64,000 nt of DNA from Deinococcota bacterium. GTDB taxonomy: Bacteria > Deinococcota > Deinococci > Deinococcales > Thermaceae. Shown one piece after another: positions 22,928 through 31,198 of this stretch (position 1 is its first letter; each line of letters opens with the position of its first letter). The stretch is from NCBI GenBank assembly GCA_041695225.1, contig JBGFRI010000001.1:1-64000 (forward strand), written 5' to 3'. The position numbers were made by a program, and so were the translations under genes. The notes below the pieces were generated by a model that was not told the DNA's origin, ran no database searches, and was given only the letters and a program-made list of their open reading frames with translations.

Positions 22928-24106
22928 ATGGCGCGTTTTGGAAGAGGGATGCTCGAGCACTGGCTGCTCGACCCGGCCATCGCCTACCTCAATCATGGAA
23001 CCGTGGGGGCGACACCCAAACGGGTGCTGGCCGCCCAGCAAGCCCTGCGGGATGAGATGGAACGACAACCCGCCCGCTTTCTATTACGAGAACTCTCGGA
23101 ATTATCTGGCGGTTCGGACCTGGCGGTGCCCAGGCTGCGCGCTGCTGCCGAGGCAGTGGCCCGCTTTTTGGGCGCGGAAGGCCAGGACCTGGTATTTGTG
23201 GATAACGCTACCAGCGGGGTCAACGCGGTGCTGCGTTCGCTTGAGTTACACCCAGGGGACGAACTTCTGATTACTAACCTGGCCTACGGGGCGGTGGTGA
23301 ACGCGGCTGCCTTCACTGCCCAGTCCCGCGGGGCCAGGCTGGCGAGGTTGGAGCTACCATTTCCGGTCTCGGATCCGAGCGAGTATGTGAGCGCGCTGGC
23401 CCAGGCCCTCACCCCCCGTACACGCCTGGTAATTCTCGATCACATCACCTCCGAAACGGCGCTGGTGCTTCCTCTGGCCGAGCTTGTGGCTTGCTGTAAG
23501 GCCCAGGGGATTCCGGTGCTGGCCGATGGCGCCCACGCGCCCGGGGCGATAGAACTGCATATTCCGCGCCTGGGCGCAGACTGGTACGCCGGCAACCTGC
23601 ACAAGTGGGCGCTGGCCCCAAAAGGCTGCGGTATCCTCTGGGCGGCCCCAGAACGACAAAAAGACCTGCATCCACCCGTAATTTCCTGGGGTTTGGGCCA
23701 GGGCTTTACCCAGGAGTTCGACTGGGTGGGCACCAAAGACCCCACGCCCTATTTGTCGGCGCCTGCCGCCCTAAAGCTGATGCAGGACTGGGGAGTAGAG
23801 GCCATGCAAACTTACAACCACACCCTGGCCTGGGAAGCCGCCCAGGTACTAACCCGGCGCTGGGGCGACACGCTGGGAGCCCCGGAGCAGATGATAGGCT
23901 GCATGGTCACCCTGCCCCTACCCCAAGCCCTGGGGCAAAGCCGGGAAGAGGCAGCCCGGCTACAGTATGCCCTGCTATACGATTACCAGCTCGAGGCCCC
24001 CATCCTGAGCATCGGCCAGCGCTTATGGGTGCGGGTCTCGGCCCAGGTTTACAACGACCTGGAGGATATCGAGCGCCTCGCCAGAGCGGTTGAATCCTAC
24101 CGCTAG
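22928..24106 (+). CDS. Class V PLP enzyme (isopenicillin N epimerase / C-S lyase-like)
   Basis: YLNHGTVGA, DGAHAPG, GNLHKW. Confidence 0.88.
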   Translation: MARFGRGMLEHWLLDPAIAYLNHGTVGATPKRVLAAQQALRDEMERQPARFLLRELSELSGGSDLAVPRLRAAAEAVARFLGAEGQDLVFVDNATSGVNAVLRSLELHPGDELLITNLAYGAVVNAAAFTAQSRGARLARLELPFPVSDPSEYVSALAQALTPRTRLVILDHITSETALVLPLAELVACCKAQGIPVLADGAHAPGAIELHIPRLGADWYAGNLHKWALAPKGCGILWAAPERQKDLHPPVISWGLGQGFTQEFDWVGTKDPTPYLSAPAALKLMQDWGVEAMQTYNHTLAWEAAQVLTRRWGDTLGAPEQMIGCMVTLPLPQALGQSREEAARLQYALLYDYQLEAPILSIGQRLWVRVSAQVYNDLEDIERLARAVESYR

Positions 24107-24454
24107 CAGCAGACACGTGCTGCTTTACTACTTTTGTCACCAATTCATTCTCGTTTTATTCTCGGTTGCCCTGCCCGGCCTTAGTGCAAATTGGCGGTCT
24201 GGCCGTATGGTTTTGTCAATCCAAATACAGAACAGATTCGACAGAAGCGGCAAAGGACTCTCCTGGCCTCAAAACACCTGGCAATGCGGAACTCCGTAGA
24301 TAGTCCTTACACGGTTGTGGCGCTTACTTCGGCTGCCCCTTCGCCAATCATTCGACAGGCTCAAGGCAGGCCCAGCCACGGCTACGTTTTGGCAACAAAT
24401 ACTCCCTACAAGGCTGGGTTTTGCCCGGGGCAGGGCCCCGGATGGTCAATCATC

Positions 24455-24544
<90 letters not shown>

Positions 24545-24602
24545 AATCTTGTCAGGCTCCCACTGGGGTGGCCCGGCTGCTGTCCCCAGTCAAGCAAAGA
24601 TG

Positions 24603-24631
24603 AGTCTACAGGGCGATTTTGCGGGAGTCAA
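24603..24631 (-). promoter_or_regulatory. tRNA-Ser promoter
   Basis: TTGACT-17 nt-TAGACT on the minus strand. Confidence 0.75.
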
Positions 24632-24664
24632 GCCAGATAGAGGCCGCGGCGATATACTTTTGGA

Positions 24665-25330
24665 GTGCGTCTGCTTGCGGTCTTTGCACATCCCGACGAC
24701 GAAATAGGCGTTTCTGGCACGCTGGCCAAGCACGTTATGCGGGGCGATGCGGCCAAAATTCTCTGGCTCACCAAAGGAGAGCTGGCCAGCCAGTTTGGTG
24801 AAATGCCGTCTGAAGAAGTAGCCCGGATACGCGAAGGGCATGGGCGGGTGGTGGCCGGGATGGTGGGCGCGGAGTACCAGATTCTCGACTTTGCCGACTC
24901 GAGCCTGACCGGGGGACGCGAAGAGGCCCTGGCCATCGCCCGGGTGGTTGCGGCCTGGAAACCAGATCTGGTGGTGACCTGGAACCCCCATGATGTGCAC
25001 CCCGACCACCGGGCCGTTTACTGGGCCACCCTATCGGCGCTCAAGTTTTGCCGGATTCCCAAGCTGGTGGGCGAGCCACACCGCAAGCCTGTAAGGCTCT
25101 TGCACTACTACCGCAGCGACATTCCCCGGCCGGTTATTTATGTGGACGTGGGAGAGGAAGGCCAGGCCGTAGCTGACCGGGTTTTTGGTTTTTACCACGA
25201 CTTCTACCAGTGGGAGTACAGCCCGGAAGCCTTCAGGGCAAACCGCTCTAGGCTGGGGGCCGAGGCTTTAGTGAAGTTTGCGGAGCGTTTTCAGGCCGAG
25301 GTTCCTCTGGCTCATCATTATCTCGGCTAA
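24665..25330 (+). CDS. PIG-L family deacetylase
   Basis: AHPDDE and HPDH motifs; TATACT 6 nt before GTG. Confidence 0.9.
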   Translation: MRLLAVFAHPDDEIGVSGTLAKHVMRGDAAKILWLTKGELASQFGEMPSEEVARIREGHGRVVAGMVGAEYQILDFADSSLTGGREEALAIARVVAAWKPDLVVTWNPHDVHPDHRAVYWATLSALKFCRIPKLVGEPHRKPVRLLHYYRSDIPRPVIYVDVGEEGQAVADRVFGFYHDFYQWEYSPEAFRANRSRLGAEALVKFAERFQAEVPLAHHYLG

Positions 25331-26564
25331 ACTGGTCAACCTCGAAGCTACCACGCGGGCTGGTGAAGGTATAGGCTGCAAAGGCGGCTATTAAAGTCAG
25401 GGGCAGCAGACTGTATCCGCCGACCTCGCCCGCCAGCACCACTGCAGCAAAGGGCGCCCGGGCGACGCCTGCCAGCAGTGCGGCCATGCCGACCAGGGCA
25501 GCGGTCTCGGGTGGGGGTGCAATGGAAGGGAAAACCTGGCCCAGAAGCTGCGCCAGGATTAGCCCGCTCAGGCCCCCCAGGGCTACGGCCGGCGTTAGCT
25601 GGCCCCCATAGGCCCGCACACCTCCCCCCAGGATAAGCAAGGCCAGTTGCAGCAGGAACAACATGCCCAGGAAGGGGAGCGTGAGGATGGGGGACGCGCC
25701 GAGCTGGATCCAGGGAAGGCTGCTGCCGATTGCTTCGGGCATCACCAGCAGGACTGCTGCCAGCACCCCACCAAACAGACCATGGCGAACTACAAAGCTC
25801 ACACGGCGCAGTAGCCTCTGCAAAAAGCGCTCGGCCTCGAGCCAGAGCGTACCCACACCGGCGCAAACCAGTCCAATTGCCAGGCCAAACAGCAGTTGGG
25901 GCCACTGTAGCGGCCCAGGAGTGAGCTCGAGCAGCGGTCCATAGCCGTGGAACATCCCGTACACGGTGAACCCAGCCAAAGCCCCAATCAGTGCGGGGGC
26001 TAGCGCGCCAACTTCCAGTGCCATTCTGCGGTAGACGATTTCGCTTGCCAGCAGTGCGCCAGCCATTGGCGCGTGGAAGGCTGCGGCAAATCCGGCTGCC
26101 ATGCCGGCAAAGGGCAGGAACCGGCCCGACTCCCCCAAAGGAACCCGCCTGCCCAGGGCGCTGCCAATCCACAAGCCCAGGGCGGCCATCGGACCTTCAC
26201 GCCCTAGCGGGGAGCCGGCCCCAAGCTGCGCCAAAGAGCCCAGTATCCCCCGAAAATACTCAATGGCCCGGACGGGACGGTTTTCTCGGTAGGCGGCCAG
26301 CAGCCAGCCCAACCCCCGGCCCGAACCCAGATAGCTCGAGGCCGCAAAAATTAGGGGCAGTAGAAGAACCAGCCACCAGTGGCTCGGCCCGATAAAAATG
26401 TGCGCAAGGCCGCCCTCGCCGGGCAGGCCAGGGGGCAGGTATCCCAGCGTCTCGCCCAGCAGATACCGCTGAATCAGACCCAACAAAAAAACAAAGCCTG
26501 CCGCGGCAAGCCCGGTAAGCGCGCCTACAAAGGCGCTGTATAAGATTAGGGCGCCAATCTGCAT
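25248..26564 (-). CDS. ClC family chloride channel/antiporter
   Basis: GREGP, AAGFAAAFHAP, many transmembrane helices. Confidence 0.88.
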   Translation of the reverse strand: MQIGALILYSAFVGALTGLAAAGFVFLLGLIQRYLLGETLGYLPPGLPGEGGLAHIFIGPSHWWLVLLLPLIFAASSYLGSGRGLGWLLAAYRENRPVRAIEYFRGILGSLAQLGAGSPLGREGPMAALGLWIGSALGRRVPLGESGRFLPFAGMAAGFAAAFHAPMAGALLASEIVYRRMALEVGALAPALIGALAGFTVYGMFHGYGPLLELTPGPLQWPQLLFGLAIGLVCAGVGTLWLEAERFLQRLLRRVSFVVRHGLFGGVLAAVLLVMPEAIGSSLPWIQLGASPILTLPFLGMLFLLQLALLILGGGVRAYGGQLTPAVALGGLSGLILAQLLGQVFPSIAPPPETAALVGMAALLAGVARAPFAAVVLAGEVGGYSLLPLTLIAAFAAYTFTSPRGSFEVDQFSRDNDEPEEPRPENAPQTSLKPRPPA

Positions 26565-26592
26565 AGAAATTTCCCGCGCTACAGTGCACCAG

Positions 26593-27702
26593 CTACCAGG
26601 ATTGTACCTGGGAAGTTGCGGTTCCGCGCGTGATGCGGGGCGCCTGTAGCCCCAGCACCCGGTAGCCGTTGCGGGTAGCAGCGCGTACCAAAGCCCTCGA
26701 GTCTACCCTCCCCCACAGATAAAGTGCCTCGTTTCGCACGTCCAGATCGGGGCTACTTGCCCTTGAGTCGGTTCCCAGGGCCACCTCGAGCCGGTACTTG
26801 AGATAAAGCTCCCAGGGCAACAGACCACACCCCAGCCCTGCATTACTACGAGGGCACGAGACCACCTTGCTGCCCGACTGGGCCAGTAACTCTACTTCCT
26901 CCTGGTCTACCTGCACCCCATGAACAATGGTCAGGTGGGGTCCCAGCACTCCCAGCTCGGCCAGGTAGCGGACGGGGGTGGTGCCGGGCGGGTTCTGGTA
27001 TGCAGGAAATCCGTGTTCCAGGGCTAGCTGTTGCAGCTTACCAGTGCCCGAGGTCATCAGTTCGGTCTCGTCGGGGCTTTCAGCTACGTGCATCTGCAGC
27101 AAGAAGCCCTCGAGTCTAGCAATCTCGACCAGTTTTTTAAGCAGGGCCGGGCTTACGTTGTAGGGGGTATGAGGCGAGATGCCCACCCCTACCCGGCTAT
27201 TCCTGCTGCGCCAGCGGGCCAACTGCTTTGCTACTCTACTTGCTACCAGCTCGGCCTGGTCGGGGTTGCGGTTGATCACTTCCAGATAAGCTGTGCCTGG
27301 AAGGGGGCTATTTTCCAACAGCCAGTCTACCGTCTGCGGCCTGTACACAATATCCCCAAAAGCACCGGCCCCTTGCGCCACAAGCTCCTCCAGGCCCTGC
27401 TGAAGAGCCCGGACACCGCGCACATCACTGTTGCTAATCGCGTGTTTTATAAACTGGGTATAGCCTCCTGCAAAAAAGGGAACGGTGCTCATATCCAGGT
27501 GGGTATGGGCATTCACCACCGGCGGTGTGAGCGCCCGGCCTTTGTACACTACCGGGGCATGGGGGTAGCTTTGCTGTAACTCGGCCAGTGGACCAGTCGC
27601 CGCCACATGCCCGCCCACCACTGCCAGGCCCCCCTGCAGCATGGGTGTACCAAAACCGAGATAAACTACCTCTGCCGTCCAGATTTCCGGGATGAGATTC
27701 AG
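26593..27702 (-). CDS. Amidohydrolase-family deaminase (nucleoside/futalosine deaminase-like), probable CTG start
   Basis: NAHTHLD, SPHTPY, MHVAES, LGTDS; frame is open upstream of ATG 27642 to a CTG preceded by GGAGG. Confidence 0.85.
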   Translation of the reverse strand: MNLIPEIWTAEVVYLGFGTPMLQGGLAVVGGHVAATGPLAELQQSYPHAPVVYKGRALTPPVVNAHTHLDMSTVPFFAGGYTQFIKHAISNSDVRGVRALQQGLEELVAQGAGAFGDIVYRPQTVDWLLENSPLPGTAYLEVINRNPDQAELVASRVAKQLARWRSRNSRVGVGISPHTPYNVSPALLKKLVEIARLEGFLLQMHVAESPDETELMTSGTGKLQQLALEHGFPAYQNPPGTTPVRYLAELGVLGPHLTIVHGVQVDQEEVELLAQSGSKVVSCPRSNAGLGCGLLPWELYLKYRLEVALGTDSRASSPDLDVRNEALYLWGRVDSRALVRAATRNGYRVLGLQAPRITRGTATSQVQSW

Positions 27703-27767
27703 GCTGCCTCCCAGATGTTATGCACTTCTAACCATGCCGGAATGGGACTTCGAGGCTGCGAAGGCTT

Positions 27768-28667
27768 CTACTGCTCCATCCGCTCCAGAACATACCTGTT
27801 GGGAGCACGCACGAAATCCACCGCCTGGTAGCCCTGGGCAAAGTAATGCCCGAACAGCTTGCGGCTGTGCATGCGCCACTGGTTGGCCAGGGCTGTATCG
27901 GTCTGGAGAATCTGCCCCCAGTCGTCGGGGATCTGCAGCAGAATTTGCTTATGGGACAAGCTCAGATCCAGCCCAACCGGGGCCTCATGCTCGACCAGAT
28001 TGGCCTGCGGAAGGCCTTCTACCGCTGTTAGGGGCGGCGGGGCGTATATGCGACTGAAAACCCGCTCAGATTTCAGCTCCCAGACTGCATAGGCCCGGTC
28101 AGAGGGCGAGCCCGCGTTTATGCCGCCCATGCTTCCGTAGCAGTTGGGGACGTACCGGCGGAAGGTTGCCCCCAGCTTGTGCAGGTTGAAATGGGCATTG
28201 ATTCCGCGCAGGGGGTCAAAGGTCCAGACCACCCGCTCATACCCCTTGCACAGGGCCCAGTCGCGCTGGAACTGCTTGAGCAGGAGCCCAATGCGACTGC
28301 CCTGATACTCCGGCAGCACCCCGGTCATGTGCGAGTGGTGATCGGAGGGGCGGCTGGTGGGAAAGCCAAAAACAAAGCCCACAAGGGCCAGACCTTCCCC
28401 CACCCCTTTCCGAGTGTGTGAGGGAAGATGGCCGGGGCTCTGGGGGTAAGGAGCAGAACGCTGCTGGTCGCCATCCGGGTCTGGCTGGCCCCAAGTGCCT
28501 GAAGACTCGAGCAGATATGCCCCGGCCAGCAAGGCCCCCTCGTGCACCAGGGCCATAAGGGTACCGGTGCGGATGGTCTCGCCGGGATCGTTCCAGATGG
28601 CCTGCTCGAGCCGGGGGATCTGGGCAATCTCCTCTGGCTCATGCAGCTCGCGAATCAGAGTTTTCAT
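27768..28667 (-). CDS. GNAT acyltransferase (NSAR-associated type) with an internal insertion
   Basis: HHSHMTGVLPEYQG..IG..LK, WTFDPL...NA.FN..KLGA, SDR. Confidence 0.88.
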   Translation of the reverse strand: MKTLIRELHEPEEIAQIPRLEQAIWNDPGETIRTGTLMALVHEGALLAGAYLLESSGTWGQPDPDGDQQRSAPYPQSPGHLPSHTRKGVGEGLALVGFVFGFPTSRPSDHHSHMTGVLPEYQGSRIGLLLKQFQRDWALCKGYERVVWTFDPLRGINAHFNLHKLGATFRRYVPNCYGSMGGINAGSPSDRAYAVWELKSERVFSRIYAPPPLTAVEGLPQANLVEHEAPVGLDLSLSHKQILLQIPDDWGQILQTDTALANQWRMHSRKLFGHYFAQGYQAVDFVRAPNRYVLERMEQ

Positions 28668-28697
28668 ATGTGTTGGGCGCAGTGCTCCTATCGTAGC

Positions 28698-28860
28698 AGG
28701 TCTAAGGTCTAAGGTCTAAGGTCAAGGGTCAAGAGTCTAAGGTCGAGGGTCTGCCACGGCCCCGCGTTTTGGCCTTCGACTTTCGTCTTTCGACCTTCGA
28801 CCAAGCGCGTCAGCGCTTCCACCTTCGACCCAGCGCGCAATCGCTTCAACCTTCGACCAA
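28698..28860. repeat. Heptamer array in inverted arrangement
   Basis: GGTCTAA x3, GGTCAAG, GGTCGAG followed by CCTTCGA/TTTCGAC units. Confidence 0.85.
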
Positions 28861-29973
28861 TTAGCTACCGGCTGTCACATAAGCCGATTTCTCGCTCAGG
28901 TTTTGCACCAGATCGCGCTTGAGGCTTACCCCCAGGCCCGGCCCCTCGGGAACCGGCATCATGCCGCCGATGGATTCGAGTTGCTCTTCGATGATGTCTT
29001 CGTTCCAGTAGCGGCTGGCGCTCGAGGTGTCTCCCGGCTTGACAAACATGGGCAGGGTAGCGACATGGATATTGGCTGCCCGGCCAAGGCCTGCTTCCAG
29101 CATACCGCCCATCCAGACCGGCAGGCAAAAGCTCTGGGTAATGTCGTGGACCTTGCGGCTGGCCAGAATTCCACCTACCCGGGCTGGCTTAAGGTTAATT
29201 ACCCGTCCGGCCCCAACTTCCAGCGCTTTGCGTGCGTCTTCGGGGGAGGTGATGGACTCGTCTAGGCAGATGGGGGTAGAGATAACCGCCTGTAACCTGG
29301 CGTGATCCAGAATGTCGTCAAAGGCCAGAGGCTGTTCGATATAGTCCAGTCTGGCGGTATCCAGGGCCTTGAAGGTGGAGATGTGGCTGAGGCTGTAGGC
29401 CGAGTTGGCATCCACGGTCAGGTTGGCCTCGGGGTAGGCCTCGCGTACTGCCATTACCGGCTTGATATCCCAGCCCGGCTTTATTTTTAGCTTGATGCGC
29501 TTGTAGCCTTCGGCCAGCCCTTTGCCCACCTTTTCTATGGTAGCTTCGAGGCTGGACTCAATGCCCAGGCTGATGCCAACGGGAATTTCTCTGCGCACAC
29601 CACCCAGCACCTTCCAGATCGGCTGGCCCAGGCTTTTGCACCAGATATCCCAGAAGGCCATTTCCAGCGCAGCCTTGGCCATCTTGTTGCCCCTGAAGCC
29701 AGCTAACTCTTGCCATAACTGCTCGGGATTGGCCAGATCCTTGCCCAGAACTGCCGGTATCAAGAGCTCTTCAAGTAACGCCCAGGCGCCAGGCAGGGTC
29801 TCCTCGCGGTAGTGCGGGGTGTACTCCATTACCGTCTCGGCGTGGCCCTCCAGGCCCTCACCATAAAGCGTCAGAACAATCAGGTGGCGCATGGTCTGCA
29901 CCCCAAAGGAGGTCTCGAAGCGAAACTTGAGCGGTAGTGAGACCAGGTGCATTTCGGCTGCATCAATTTTCAT
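28861..29973 (-). CDS. menC: o-succinylbenzoate synthase / N-succinylamino acid racemase
   Basis: FETSFG, KRIKLKIKPG, DAN, EQP, LDESI, NLK, GGMLE, PGDTSSASRY. Confidence 0.93.
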   Translation of the reverse strand: MKIDAAEMHLVSLPLKFRFETSFGVQTMRHLIVLTLYGEGLEGHAETVMEYTPHYREETLPGAWALLEELLIPAVLGKDLANPEQLWQELAGFRGNKMAKAALEMAFWDIWCKSLGQPIWKVLGGVRREIPVGISLGIESSLEATIEKVGKGLAEGYKRIKLKIKPGWDIKPVMAVREAYPEANLTVDANSAYSLSHISTFKALDTARLDYIEQPLAFDDILDHARLQAVISTPICLDESITSPEDARKALEVGAGRVINLKPARVGGILASRKVHDITQSFCLPVWMGGMLEAGLGRAANIHVATLPMFVKPGDTSSASRYWNEDIIEEQLESIGGMMPVPEGPGLGVSLKRDLVQNLSEKSAYVTAGS

Positions 29974-30135
29974 ACCAGTTATGCTAACCCCCCAGAGCCA
30001 AAACCCCAAGACTACGCCAGGCTAGCCTGACCGCCAAGACCCTGCACCTGATCGGGTTTGTGGCCCAGTTGTTGCGCCCAGCAGGGCAGAGCACTTTTGT
30101 GCCAGACCACCGGGTCAGGGAGTAGCATAAGGGAG

Positions 30136-30918
30136 ATGATTCCGGACTTATCCAGGGTACCCGGTATTTTGGGTGAGATAGCCAGGCGGCGCTACCAAGA
30201 GGTAGCCGGCCTGGGGGGGCTAAAGCTGGCCAAGCCTGCAAAAAAAGTTGCCTCCCTGAGCCAGGCCCTAAAGCTTCCGGGCATCTCGCTGATTGCCGAG
30301 ATCAAGCGCAAAAGCCCCTCGCAGGGGGAAATAGCATTTCAGCTGGATGCGGCAGCGGTGGCTAAAGCCTATAAAGCCGGTGGCGCCAGAGCCATTAGCG
30401 TGCTGACCGAGCCGCACTATTTTGCGGGGTCCGACCAGGATTTGCTCGAGGTCTGCCGGGCGGTTGACCTGCCGGTTCTTCGCAAAGACTTTACCGTCCA
30501 TCCCGCGCAGATTGCCCAGGCGCGGGCTATGGGAGCTTCGGCAGTGCTGCTTATCGTGGCGGTACTGGGTGATCTGACCGAGTTGTATCTCGGGCTAAGC
30601 CAGGAGCAAGGTATAGAAGCGCTGGTCGAGGTGCACGACCAGACCGAGCTAAAGCTCGCACTGGCTGCTGGGGCGTCAATTGTGGGCATTAACAACCGAA
30701 ACCTGACCGACCTGAGCATAGACTGCTCCACTGCGCCGCGTCTGGGCCTGCTAGCCCGGCAGCTGGGGTTTTCCGGGCTGCTGGTGGCCGAGTCGGGGTA
30801 TAACCACCCGGCCCAGCTAGCCCCGCTCAAAGGGCTTTTTGACGGGGTGTTAATCGGCACCAGTCTGTCCCGCAGTGGTAACTGGCAGACGGCAGCGGCC
30901 CAGTTATCTGGGGCCTGA
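30136..30918 (+). CDS. trpC: Indole-3-glycerol phosphate synthase
   Basis: IAEIKRKSPSQG, SVLTEP.YF.GS, LRKDF, GINNRNL. Confidence 0.95.
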   Translation: MIPDLSRVPGILGEIARRRYQEVAGLGGLKLAKPAKKVASLSQALKLPGISLIAEIKRKSPSQGEIAFQLDAAAVAKAYKAGGARAISVLTEPHYFAGSDQDLLEVCRAVDLPVLRKDFTVHPAQIAQARAMGASAVLLIVAVLGDLTELYLGLSQEQGIEALVEVHDQTELKLALAAGASIVGINNRNLTDLSIDCSTAPRLGLLARQLGFSGLLVAESGYNHPAQLAPLKGLFDGVLIGTSLSRSGNWQTAAAQLSGA

Positions 30919-31037
30919 GGACTACACTGAGATAGTATTCTGCGGTTGGGGCTTCTATGGCCATCACTCAAAGCGAACTATCTGGCCAGGACAAAGACTA
31001 GCAAGTGAGGTTCTGGTGGGATTCAAATGCGACCTGA

Positions 31038-31172
31038 TGACGGCAGGAATAAATTTTTCGTCATTGCGACCCAGAGGCGTAGCCGAAGGGGAAGCAATCC
31101 AGCTCACCACGGCAGCTGGTCTGGTTGAGATGGTCTCCTGGATTCCTTTGTCGGCCTTTTGCCTCCTCGCAA
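31038..31172 (+). repeat. Repeat family A, copy 2
   Basis: GAGGCGTAGCCGAAGGGGAAGCAATCCAG identical to copy 1. Confidence 0.85.
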
Positions 31173-31198
31173 AACAGGTGGGATGACCGGAGGATACC

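Noticed and set aside
28812..28821. AGCGCTTCCA as a fourth mal operator
   Set aside because: Half-site only, embedded in a repeat, not upstream of a sugar gene
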